The notes under the pieces were generated by a model. That model was not told the DNA's origin and made no database searches. It was given only the letters and a program-made list of their open reading frames with translations. From a virus: a stretch of 64,000 bases of DNA. A program made the translations under genes and the position numbers. The stretch's first letter is position 1. Each line of letters opens with the position of its first letter. Shown here piece by piece: positions 17,235-25,162 of the stretch. The stretch is taken from positions 40,866 to 104,865 of the IMG/VR virus record IMGVR_UViG_3300037467_001303. The stretch is one strand, 5' to 3'.

Positions 17235-17609
17235 CTAGAGTCGGGTTGCCACGCGGGCGTTGGCGCGCAGGATCGTCCAGTGCTCGATCTCGTTGTCGCA
17301 GTAGCGGATGTATGCCGCTTCGCGCTGCGCCTCGTCACTGCCGAACACGGCGAAATCGCGCTCGCTCGGGCCGGTCTGGAGCGCAGCGGCTGTTTCGCAA
17401 TGGTCGTCCACGAACGCAATCAGGCCGTCCCACACGACGCTGTAGTGAGCGTATGGCACGTCCTCGTTAAGGGCGATCTCCAGCAGGTTGCCGTTCAGGG
17501 TCCAGGTGCTGTATTCCTCGGGCTGGACCAGTTCGGCCAGCGCCTCGATAGCGGCCTCATGGCCGGGTTTGATGCGCAGCTCGCCGCGCAGGAACAGATT
17601 GGTGCTCAC
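17235..17609 (-). CDS. Hypothetical protein
   Basis: AGGAGG RBS and GTG start. Confidence 0.75.
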   Translation of the reverse strand: MSTNLFLRGELRIKPGHEAAIEALAELVQPEEYSTWTLNGNLLEIALNEDVPYAHYSVVWDGLIAFVDDHCETAAALQTGPSERDFAVFGSDEAQREAAYIRYCDNEIEHWTILRANARVATRL

Positions 17610-17626
17610 AGTGCCTCCTATAGGTG

Positions 17627-17679
17627 GTTGCCGGGGACTGCCCCCGCGTCAGCGCCCGTTGTCCAGGCGCTGACACTGG
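17627..17679 (-). repeat. Two-hairpin intergenic element, copy C
   Basis: CCAGT-GTCAGCGCCTG-GACAA-CGGGCGCTGAC-G-CGGGG-GCAGT-CCCCG-GCAAC, then AGGAGG RBS. Confidence 0.85.
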
Positions 17680-17680
17680 A

Positions 17681-18067
17681 TCAGTCGTCAGCCTGCTCGA
17701 TCTGCGCCTCGACCCACTGCCAGTAACCGCGCAGGGTGTCGCCCTCGGCCACTTCGTGCCGCCAGTCGCGGCGCAGGTACTGCGGATGCTCGCCGTTGTC
17801 GCGCTCGGTGCTGTACTTCTCCTGTAGCTCGTCGGCGGCCAGCAGGCGGTCGGAGCGCGCCAGCTCGGGCCGGTAGGGCATGCCGTCCGGCGCGCCTTTC
17901 TTGATGTTGAAGTCCCACTCGGACACGGTCGCGTCCGTCATGGCCGTCAGGATGTCGTGTTGCCCGATGTGGTGCGCGGCGGATTCCAGGTTGTGGCCAA
18001 GCTGCGCCGCGTCGGATTCGTCCGCGTCGAAGGTGAAGTTCAGGATCAGGCGTCGTTTGATGAGCAT
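17681..18067 (-). CDS. Hypothetical protein
   Basis: GGAGG RBS; GEHPQY..RDWRHEV..GDTLRGYWQWV motif. Confidence 0.75.
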   Translation of the reverse strand: MLIKRRLILNFTFDADESDAAQLGHNLESAAHHIGQHDILTAMTDATVSEWDFNIKKGAPDGMPYRPELARSDRLLAADELQEKYSTERDNGEHPQYLRRDWRHEVAEGDTLRGYWQWVEAQIEQADD

Positions 18068-18080
18068 GGTCGCCTCCGTC

Positions 18081-18587
18081 TCACAGCAGGCCACATTCGG
18101 CCATCGAGCACGATGCGGCCGCGGTGACGATGATGTGGTCAAGCACGCGCACGTCGATCAGGGCCAGCGCCTGCGACAGCTGGTTGGTCAGCACCTTGTC
18201 GGCCTCGCTCGGTTCGACCTTGCCCGACGGATGATTGTGCGCAAGGATCACGTGGGCGGCGTTGTGGTGCAGCGCGGCCTTGACCACTTCGCGCGGGTAG
18301 ACCCTCGCGCCGGTCAGGTCGCCCCGGAACATTTCCTCGCGCGCGATCAGGCAGTTCTTGGCGTCCAGGAACAGCACCATGAAGACTTCGTGTTCCAGCT
18401 CGCCGGCGTACAGGCGCATGTACTCGCGCACCGCCGACGGACGGGTCAGCAGCTCGCCGGGCTTGCGCATGCGGTTCGAGAGGATCGACAGGGCGCGGCG
18501 GATCGTGGCGTCCTCGCGCTGCCTGCGGGTGTCCGGGCGCGGTTGAACCGGCTCGGTGTGAAGGGTAACGACGTTCGTGCGGGTCAT
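18081..18587 (-). CDS. radC: RadC-family JAB/MPN domain protein
   Basis: [41 protein letters not shown]. Confidence 0.93.
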   Translation of the reverse strand: MTRTNVVTLHTEPVQPRPDTRRQREDATIRRALSILSNRMRKPGELLTRPSAVREYMRLYAGELEHEVFMVLFLDAKNCLIAREEMFRGDLTGARVYPREVVKAALHHNAAHVILAHNHPSGKVEPSEADKVLTNQLSQALALIDVRVLDHIIVTAAASCSMAECGLL

Positions 18588-18636
18588 GACAGGCTCCAGA
18601 GTAGGGCGCAGCCACATGGGCCGCGCCGTGGGTTCA

Positions 18637-19008
18637 TCAGGCAGGTTGGGCGGCTTCGTCTTGCAGGCGGTAGTATTCGCGCGCCTCGGCCAGCACCTTG
18701 TCGATCTCCAGCAGTGCCTGCGCATGGGTGTCGCGGATGGCCTTCTCGGTGCCGCGCTTGCCTTGTGCTACCAGCAGCACGCGCGACAGGTCGCCGCCAG
18801 TGCCGCCCAGGTTGAACCGATGCGACCGGAAATGGCCCTCCCGCTTGTGGCCCGTCACGCATGTCGCCACGCCGACCACACGGCCCCGCTGTGTGTGCTT
18901 GCCAGTGCGGAGCACGATCACGCGGCTGTTGCCGATGTCGCACTCGGTCTCTGCTTCCCAATCGGCGTGCAGGGTCTTGCCGATCTTGGTCTGGTGCTGC
19001 TGTTCCAT
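18637..19008 (-). CDS. Hypothetical protein (first gene of leftward operon 1)
   Basis: AGGAGG RBS. Confidence 0.75.
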   Translation of the reverse strand: MEQQHQTKIGKTLHADWEAETECDIGNSRVIVLRTGKHTQRGRVVGVATCVTGHKREGHFRSHRFNLGGTGGDLSRVLLVAQGKRGTEKAIRDTHAQALLEIDKVLAEAREYYRLQDEAAQPA

Positions 19009-19067
19009 GATGCCCTCCTATGGTTGAGTGATTGACGGACAGTGCGGGCGCACAAGCCCACGAACAC

Positions 19068-19096
19068 AGTATATAGCATGATGCTACATAAGTACA
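19068..19096 (-). promoter_or_regulatory. Leftward promoter with a palindromic operator in the spacer
   Basis: Minus strand TGTACT, 17-bp spacer, TATACT; the spacer contains TAGCAT-G-ATGCTA (19074-19086); locally AT-rich. Confidence 0.6.
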
Positions 19097-19142
19097 TGCA
19101 CGATTGCGCACGGCAATGCGCGCATACCCAGGACAGAACACC

Positions 19143-19700
19143 ATGAGCACCCAATACGACTTCGCCGCCGCCGAGATCGACTACGCGGCCGGCGGCTATT
19201 CGATCAACGCACTGGCGATCAAGCACAACATTCCCGAGCCGACCTTGCGCAGGTACGCGAAGAAACAGGGCTGGATCAAGGGGACCAGCGATGTTAAGCG
19301 CGAACTCGTCCGCGAGGCAATGGCCGGGATGCCGCTTGACGAATCGTTGACGAACGAAATGACGAATGGCGAGGCGATTCGTCAGGTCCAGCTCGATGAA
19401 GCGACGCAGGACGTGGCCGACATGAACACCGGCCTGGCAGTGGCCCGTAGAAGCATGGGCAAGCTGCTGCAAATGGTCGACCAGGTCGATCACCCCAAGG
19501 ACGTGAAGACCATCTGCGAGGCCAACAAGCTGGCAGTGGAGACGATCCGCAAGATTCGCGCACTGGACGACGACACCCCGCCCGAAGCCAGCGTGCAGGT
19601 CGAGATCAGCGACGGATTCGCCGAGCTGCGCGCCGCCTTCCACAAGCGCCTCCAGCAGCCCGTAGGAGCTGTCCAGGACGACGATGCTGGCACTGCCTGA
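19143..19700 (+). CDS. terS: Terminase small subunit
   Basis: N-terminal HTH (YAAGGYSINALAIKHNI...LRRYAKKQGW); overlaps the terL start. Confidence 0.8.
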   Translation: MSTQYDFAAAEIDYAAGGYSINALAIKHNIPEPTLRRYAKKQGWIKGTSDVKRELVREAMAGMPLDESLTNEMTNGEAIRQVQLDEATQDVADMNTGLAVARRSMGKLLQMVDQVDHPKDVKTICEANKLAVETIRKIRALDDDTPPEASVQVEISDGFAELRAAFHKRLQQPVGAVQDDDAGTA

Positions 19701-21300
19701 CGAATTCCGCGCCACGCTGCACAGCGCGCCGTTCGACACGGTCGCGGACCTGTGGGAGCTGGTCGAGACCCGCTACGGCATCGAGGGCAAGGCATGGCTG
19801 GGACGCAACGACAGGTTCTACCTGCTCACGCGCCTGCTGCACCGGCTCGACGCGATCCACCCCTGGCTGTACGCGCGCTGCCGTGAAGTGGAAGCCGAAC
19901 CCGACGGATGCCTCGACCTGTGGGCGCGCGAGCACTACAAGAGCACGATCATCACCTTCGCCGGCATCATCCAGGAAATGATCGTCAATCCCGAGATCAC
20001 CATCGGCATCTTCTCGCATACCAAGCCGGTTGCCCGGAAGTTCCTCTTGCAGATCAAGCAGGAGCTGGAAGCGAACAAGGACCTGCACAGCACCTACCCG
20101 GACGTGTTCTACACCGATCCACGCGGCCAGTCGCCGAAGTGGAGCGAAGAGAAGGGCATCGTCATCAAGCGCAAGAGCAACCCCAAGGAAGCCACGCTCG
20201 AAGCGCACGGCCTCGTCGACGGCCAGCCGACGGGCGCCCACTTTTTGCTGCGCGTCTACGACGACGTGGTGACGCGCGAGTCTGTCTCTACGCCGGACCA
20301 GGTGAACAAGACCACCACCGCATGGGAGCTGTCCGACAACCTCGGCGCACGCGGGGAAGACGGGCGCATCCGGGCCTGGCACGTCGGGACCCGCTACTCC
20401 TACATGGACACGTACCAGGAGATCATCGACAGGAAGATCCTCAAGGTGCGGCTGTATCCGGCCACGAAGGACGGCACGCCGGACGGCGAGCCGGTCTTCC
20501 TGACGGCCCAGGCATGGCGCGACAAGAAGCTCGCACAAGGCCCGTCCACGATCGCGTGCCAGCAGCTGATGAACCCCGCGGCCGGCAATGAGGCCATGTT
20601 CAAGAAGGAATGGCTGTCCTTCATCGACATCCGGCCCGCAACCCTGAACGTCTACATCATGGTCGACCCCGCCCACTCGAAGAAGAAGGGCAGCGACAAC
20701 ACCGCCATGGCCGTGGTCGGTATCGACGCCGGCGGCAACAAGTACCTCTTGGACGGCTACCGCCACAAGATGGGCCTGCGGGAGCGATGGGAAGCCTTGA
20801 AGGGCCTGCGCAGGTACTGGACCAGCCAGCCAGGTGTGCAGGCCGTGTTCTGCGGCTACGAACGCTACGGCATGCAGGCCGATCTCGAATACATGGAAGA
20901 ACAGATGCAGCGCGACCGCGAGGCGTTCGAGATCATCGAGCTGAACTGGACCAGCGACGGCGCCCAGGCCAAGGATGACAGGGTCCAGAGGCTTCAGCCC
21001 GACTTCATCAGCAAGCGGTTCTACCTGGCCGCCGTGGTGCAGGGCGAGACTGCCAACCAGCGCCGTATCCGTGAGCAGGGTCAGCCCTTCCGCATCTTCA
21101 AGCCCGTCATGCGCCGCGACCACGAAGGGAACATGTACAGCCTCAACAAAGGGTTCCTCGAAGAGTTCCTGACCTACCCATTCAGCGCCAAGAAGGACCT
21201 GATCGACGCCGTCAGCCGCATCTACGACATGTCGCCGGTCTCCCCGATCCTGATCGACGAGCGGGTGCTGGAGCCGGAAACCTACGCCGACGGGATGTGA
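19684..21300 (+). CDS. terL: Terminase large subunit
   Basis: AREHYKST Walker A variant, YDDVV Walker B, GTRY coupling motif, VDPA...SDNTAM and KDLIDA nuclease motifs. Confidence 0.92.
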   Translation: MLALPDEFRATLHSAPFDTVADLWELVETRYGIEGKAWLGRNDRFYLLTRLLHRLDAIHPWLYARCREVEAEPDGCLDLWAREHYKSTIITFAGIIQEMIVNPEITIGIFSHTKPVARKFLLQIKQELEANKDLHSTYPDVFYTDPRGQSPKWSEEKGIVIKRKSNPKEATLEAHGLVDGQPTGAHFLLRVYDDVVTRESVSTPDQVNKTTTAWELSDNLGARGEDGRIRAWHVGTRYSYMDTYQEIIDRKILKVRLYPATKDGTPDGEPVFLTAQAWRDKKLAQGPSTIACQQLMNPAAGNEAMFKKEWLSFIDIRPATLNVYIMVDPAHSKKKGSDNTAMAVVGIDAGGNKYLLDGYRHKMGLRERWEALKGLRRYWTSQPGVQAVFCGYERYGMQADLEYMEEQMQRDREAFEIIELNWTSDGAQAKDDRVQRLQPDFISKRFYLAAVVQGETANQRRIREQGQPFRIFKPVMRRDHEGNMYSLNKGFLEEFLTYPFSAKKDLIDAVSRIYDMSPVSPILIDERVLEPETYADGM

Positions 21301-21491
21301 GCATGCGGATCACCACCAGGAAGTACAGCGAAGCGGGCGGGCTGACGTTCTACCGCATGCGCTTGGGCGATCACGCCATCGAGCTGATGGCCACCGCCAA
21401 GGAAATGCAGGTGGAAGGGCGCCGCCAGGTAGTCGCAAGGCTGCTGTGGCGTGCCAGGGCCGAGCTGCGCCGGGCAGCAGCCGGCGCCTGA
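21297..21491 (+). CDS. Hypothetical protein
   Basis: GTGA coupling to terL. Confidence 0.6.
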   Translation: MSMRITTRKYSEAGGLTFYRMRLGDHAIELMATAKEMQVEGRRQVVARLLWRARAELRRAAAGA

Positions 21492-21617
21492 CCGACACCT
21501 CGACTCGCACCAGCAACGCCGCTATACTCGATCCTGCATGGCTGTGGGGGCAATGCCAACGTCCTCGGTGCTGCAAGGTGCCGGGGACGTTTCTACGTCC
21601 GGCTCCGGCACTCAGCA

Positions 21618-21752
21618 TCATCGCTTCCACTTTGCCCCGAGCGCGGCCAGGATCGCGTCGTTGCCCACGCCGCGCACCGTGAACGACCGGAAGTGCTTCC
21701 ACCGGCAGCGGCCAACGTAGCGCCCCTCTCTCTGGTTGCGGCTAGTCGTCAT
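21618..21752 (-). CDS. Small protein with SRNQREG motif (44 aa)
   Basis: Manual translation MTTSRNQREGRYVGRCRWKHFRSFTVRG...; GGAGG RBS. Confidence 0.6.
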   Translation of the reverse strand: MTTSRNQREGRYVGRCRWKHFRSFTVRGVGNDAILAALGAKWKR

Positions 21753-22005
21753 GGCCTGCCTCCTCCAGCACCACCTCGGCCATGATGCCCTTGCTGCGGT
21801 AGCGGATGCGCAGCGGCAGGACCGGCGGCACAGGGCTACGGGCGTTCATCGTCAGCCATGCGACCCCACTGTCAGGGAAGGGGATCGAGACCGGCAGCAC
21901 CTCAACGTCGCCGACCATCAGCGCATCGAGCATGGCGCGGCGCCGGACATGCTTGCCGGCCCAGGTTCCGACGTACCAGCCTTCGCGCTGTCGCCGGCTG
22001 CTCAT
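21742..22005 (-). CDS. Hypothetical protein with SRRQREG motif
   Basis: GGGAG RBS and ATGA overlap. Confidence 0.65.
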   Translation of the reverse strand: MSSRRQREGWYVGTWAGKHVRRRAMLDALMVGDVEVLPVSIPFPDSGVAWLTMNARSPVPPVLPLRIRYRSKGIMAEVVLEEAGHDD

Positions 22006-22166
22006 GCCGCTCCCTGCTGGCCGGTCAGTCTAGCCACGGTCTCTTCCAGTTCGCGGACTTTCTCCAGCAAGGCAGCAGCACGCTGCTGTGCCCACTCGGC
22101 AGTCTCGAAGGGAAACTGTGCCCGGTAGATGTACTCCTGCAAGGCCGGGATAATGCTGTCGTTCAT
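22002..22166 (-). CDS. Hypothetical protein (54 aa)
   Basis: Manual translation MNDSIIPALQEYIYRAQFPFETAEW...; ATGA overlaps at both ends. Confidence 0.65.
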   Translation of the reverse strand: MNDSIIPALQEYIYRAQFPFETAEWAQQRAAALLEKVRELEETVARLTGQQGAA

Positions 22167-22519
22167 AGCGCCCCCTGTCCATCGAGCATGCGGTTCGCCA
22201 CCAGCGGCACGCCGAGTTCCCGCGCCATCCTGCGTGCGAGCTGGCCACGACGGAAGGCGCGAGCGAACTGCGCGTGCGGCCTCGGCACCAGTGGAGCGTA
22301 GCGGCGCACCGCCCTGCCATCCACATGGCCCATGTAGAAGCCCTCCCGCTGGTTGCGGCTGGTGGGCATGGTCCCCGGCAAGATACCCGACACGACCCAG
22401 GCAGCGTACTGGTTGCGGGTCAGGCCCAGGAACTCGCGCAGGGTCCGGCCCTCGCCCTCACCGGCATGCCAGCGTTCGGTGAGATCGTCGAGCTGTTCAA
22501 GGGATGGCAGTCGGGTCAT
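22163..22519 (-). CDS. Hypothetical protein with internal SRNQREG motif
   Basis: ATGA overlap; RWH..EG..TLREFLGLT..QYAAWV. Confidence 0.7.
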   Translation of the reverse strand: MTRLPSLEQLDDLTERWHAGEGEGRTLREFLGLTRNQYAAWVVSGILPGTMPTSRNQREGFYMGHVDGRAVRRYAPLVPRPHAQFARAFRRGQLARRMARELGVPLVANRMLDGQGAL

Positions 22520-22806
22520 GCAGGCAGCTCGCCGGTATGCACCTGGCCAGCCTGCACCAGTGCAAGGTACTCTGGATCGTCGTAGATGCGCTTCGAGCCG
22601 ACCACGGCGCGGTAGATGCGACCCTCGGCGTCCGAGAACAGGCACAGGTCGCTGTTCGAGACGGTGCGATTGCGCCCGCAGGCCTTGCCGTTGGAGACGA
22701 CGTAGCGGACCGCGCAGCCGGCGTCCAGCGCCTTGCGGAACGCGTGCTCGTCCTTCATGCCGATCACGGTGTCGGCAATGCGTTGCGCCCTCTTGATCAC
22801 GGCCAT
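22516..22806 (-). CDS. Hypothetical protein
   Basis: GAGG RBS; tight packing. Confidence 0.7.
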   Translation of the reverse strand: MAVIKRAQRIADTVIGMKDEHAFRKALDAGCAVRYVVSNGKACGRNRTVSNSDLCLFSDAEGRIYRAVVGSKRIYDDPEYLALVQAGQVHTGELPA

Positions 22807-22807
22807 G

Positions 22808-23038
22808 TCAGAAGTCCTCGTAGTTCAGGGTTGGCTTGTCCAGGGCGACCAGCATCTTCGTCAGGCCGGTCCGCAGGTCCTCGACGCTGTCAAAGCTGGT
22901 CGTCATGGCGTTCTGCGTGATCGAGTGCGGCGCCTCGATGGGCGTGTCGTAGTGCGCTTCGTGGATCGCGTAGGACTCGTAGCGCACGCCTTCGACGATC
23001 TGCGTCGAGCGGACGACGCGGTAGTTCCAGGTGTTCAT
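22808..23038 (-). CDS. Conserved phage hypothetical protein
   Basis: MNTWNYRVV...YAIHEAHY...MLVALDKPTL; ATGA overlap. Confidence 0.75.
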   Translation of the reverse strand: MNTWNYRVVRSTQIVEGVRYESYAIHEAHYDTPIEAPHSITQNAMTTSFDSVEDLRTGLTKMLVALDKPTLNYEDF

Positions 23039-23229
23039 TCGGATTGGTTCCTCGGCAGGGCGTGGAAGGTGTGGTTGCAGTGCGGGCAGGTGTAGATCAC
23101 CAGGTTGAAGAACGGCTCGACCTCGACCGCATCGGGATGGCCCCACTGATAGCGGTCCTTGTCCTCCTTCGGCATCGGGTATTCGGCCGTGCAGTAGCGG
23201 CGGTGCAGCGGGATGTACGTGGCCTGCAT
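23035..23229 (-). CDS. Hypothetical protein with CPHC motif
   Basis: Tight packing; codon bias. Confidence 0.65.
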   Translation of the reverse strand: MQATYIPLHRRYCTAEYPMPKEDKDRYQWGHPDAVEVEPFFNLVIYTCPHCNHTFHALPRNQSE

Positions 23230-23231
23230 CG

Positions 23232-23471
23232 TCAGTCCCGCTCCAGCACCCATTCGGCACGGCCGATGTACACCATTTCTTCCCACTGAGCGAAGTAGAA
23301 CGCCGCGCCACCGGGCTGGCCGTTCTCTCCAGTCATCTGGACGTAGACCATGGCGCCGAAGTCCTTCGGCTCGCGGACAGTGGCGAAGCAGCAGGCGAAC
23401 ATCGGGTTGCGGCACTCGGGCGAGAGCTGGACGACATCGCCCTCTTCGAGCTGGCGGGCGTCCGGCTTCAT
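23232..23471 (-). CDS. Hypothetical protein
   Basis: ATGA overlap. Confidence 0.7.
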   Translation of the reverse strand: MKPDARQLEEGDVVQLSPECRNPMFACCFATVREPKDFGAMVYVQMTGENGQPGGAAFYFAQWEEMVYIGRAEWVLERD

Positions 23472-23692
23472 GCCTTGCGCTTCTCAAGCGCCTCGATCAC
23501 GTCGCCGATGGCGCTGCGCAGGGCTTCCAGGTACTTATCGGCGGGCATGTCCTCGGGGTCCAGCATTTCGGTCAGGTAGGCCGCGATGTCCTCGTCGGTG
23601 TTCAGGTAGTCGGACGCCTTCCACGGTTGCAGCGCGGCGATCTTGTCCTGGTCGAACTGGATGTTGTCGTTGGTGTCGTTGGTGTCGGTCAT
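23468..23692 (-). CDS. Orphan HI1420-like addiction-module antidote, N-terminal domain only
   Basis: PWKASDYLNTDEDIAAYL...LRSAIGDV, with no C-terminal HTH. Confidence 0.65.
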   Translation of the reverse strand: MTDTNDTNDNIQFDQDKIAALQPWKASDYLNTDEDIAAYLTEMLDPEDMPADKYLEALRSAIGDVIEALEKRKA

Positions 23693-23702
23693 GGTTGCTC
23701 TC

Positions 23703-24041
23703 TCAGCGGTCGGAAATTCGGGTCATCTGCCCGCACTTCTCGCACTTGGTGCGGGATCGTTCGCGCAGGCGTTGCAGCTGGTCATGGTAGCTGCGGCGGT
23801 AGTTGTGCCACTGCGTCTCCTGCCTGGCCAGTTCGCCCAGCACGTGCATCGGGTTCAATCTGGCATGGCAGGTGCCGCACTCGACCTCTGCCAGCTTCTC
23901 GTCGATCAGGTACGGCCCCTTGTGGCGGAACATGCAGGGGCTACGGTCCTTCGGCGCCAGCGTCAGCACCGGCGGATTGTCGGCATCAAGCGGCCCGCGA
24001 TAGCGTACGCCAAGGGACACCACGTTGTCGTCTTCGATCAC
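23703..24041 (-). CDS. Zn-finger hypothetical protein
   Basis: VECGTC..RLNP...RTKCEKCGQMTRI; start uncertain. Confidence 0.7.
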   Translation of the reverse strand: MIEDDNVVSLGVRYRGPLDADNPPVLTLAPKDRSPCMFRHKGPYLIDEKLAEVECGTCHARLNPMHVLGELARQETQWHNYRRSYHDQLQRLRERSRTKCEKCGQMTRISDR

Positions 24042-24043
24042 GG

Positions 24044-24181
24044 TCAGCCCCAGATCGCGTACAGGCCGCCGATCATCCCGATGATGCACAGGACACCATA
24101 GACAGGTTCGGCGAAGGCGATGAGGGTACAGCCAGCGCAGCAGGCCACGCTGGCGATGGCGCGGGCGGTCGGGTTGGTCAT
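24044..24181 (-). CDS. Small membrane protein (45 aa)
   Basis: Manual translation MTNPTARAIASVACCAGCTLIAFAEPVYGVLCIIGMIGGLYAIWG; ATGA overlap. Confidence 0.6.
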   Translation of the reverse strand: MTNPTARAIASVACCAGCTLIAFAEPVYGVLCIIGMIGGLYAIWG

Positions 24182-24456
24182 GCTTGGCCCTCGGGATCGT
24201 CATCGAACGGGATCGGCCTCTCCACCTCGGACGGATCGAGCCGGCGATAGGCGCGGAACACGTCGAACACATAGTCGTCTTCCGGGTCCTTGATCGACTC
24301 CAGAAAGACCTGGCCAAACTTGGTACGCCAGTGGATGAACACGCCGCGCTCGCCGTTCCAACGGGCCACGGTGGCGTTGCGGCAGCGGCCCTCGTAGTAG
24401 GCGCCATGCACCAGCTCGGCGCGGGCGATGATCGGTCGTTCCTTGGGATGCGTCAT
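24178..24456 (-). CDS. Conserved phage hypothetical protein
   Basis: AGGAG RBS; LVHGAYYEGRCRNATVARW...WRTKFG. Confidence 0.75.
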   Translation of the reverse strand: MTHPKERPIIARAELVHGAYYEGRCRNATVARWNGERGVFIHWRTKFGQVFLESIKDPEDDYVFDVFRAYRRLDPSEVERPIPFDDDPEGQA

Positions 24457-24710
24457 TCGGTGCGTTCTCCTGGTCCATAAGGCCACGGCAGCGTTTCGAC
24501 GGTGTAGCCGCAGCCGGCCTTGCAGCACCAGTGGCCCGGATGGGCGTGCAGCTCGGTCAGCTGCCACCAGCCCAGGTCGTGCCGGCAGCAGGCGCGGCAG
24601 ATCGTGCTGTGGTTCTCGTCGTACATGTACACGCCCGCTCCCTTGCAGGTCGGGCAATCGGGCCGCGCATTCTCTGCCGCGTGCCGGAACACGTTGGTCA
24701 ATTGTGGCAC
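24453..24710 (-). CDS. Cys-rich hypothetical protein
   Basis: CPTC, CRACC, CCKAGC; start may be TTG at 24701. Confidence 0.65.
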   Translation of the reverse strand: MPQLTNVFRHAAENARPDCPTCKGAGVYMYDENHSTICRACCRHDLGWWQLTELHAHPGHWCCKAGCGYTVETLPWPYGPGERTE

Positions 24711-25162
24711 TCCGGGTCCAGCAGATGGCGCAGCTGTCGATAGTCGCCCAGGCTCACGCCGAAGTCGGGGTTGGTCTGGACGAAGCGCGCCGCCAGCTCG
24801 GGATGCCCGTCGCAGATCGCCACGTCATCGACGATGGCGAAGGTCGTCACCTCCGGGTGCCGGGCGAGCCAGGCCGCGATCTCCGTGCCCCGTGTGTCGT
24901 AGCCGCCATGGTCCGGCGTCTCGTCGATCACCGGCAGGTCCAGCGCCTCGGCGACAACGCCGGGACGGTGGTAGATGCGCCAGGTCGACGACAGCACGAT
25001 CACCGCCCCGGTCACGCGGCACACGCGGCGGATCAGGCCGAGGGCGACGTGGTCGAACCTGGCCATGTCGGCTTCCGAGAAGTCGTGCGGATAGCCGCCC
25101 AGCGCAAGGCTGCTGCGCTCGCTGTTGACCACGCCATCAATATCAAAGAACAGCACCTTCAT
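24698..25162 (-). CDS. HAD-family phosphatase (Swiss-army-knife RNA-repair-like HAD)
   Basis: FFDIDGVVN, IVLSSTWR, RGTEIAAWL, FAIVDD. Confidence 0.85.
   Translation of the reverse strand: MKVLFFDIDGVVNSERSSLALGGYPHDFSEADMARFDHVALGLIRRVCRVTGAVIVLSSTWRIYHRPGVVAEALDLPVIDETPDHGGYDTRGTEIAAWLARHPEVTTFAIVDDVAICDGHPELAARFVQTNPDFGVSLGDYRQLRHLLDPECHN

Noticed and set aside
15695-17679. Repeats considered as a CRISPR array or integron attC sites
   Set aside because: Copies are about 0.7-1.2 kb apart and separated by whole genes; no cas or integron integrase in the window; no clear RYYYAAC/GTTRRRY box pair. Kept as an RNA element instead.
21500-21617. TATACT box on the + strand and possible small ORFs after terL
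   Set aside because: No convincing -35 element or RBS; the overlapping ORF calls conflict.
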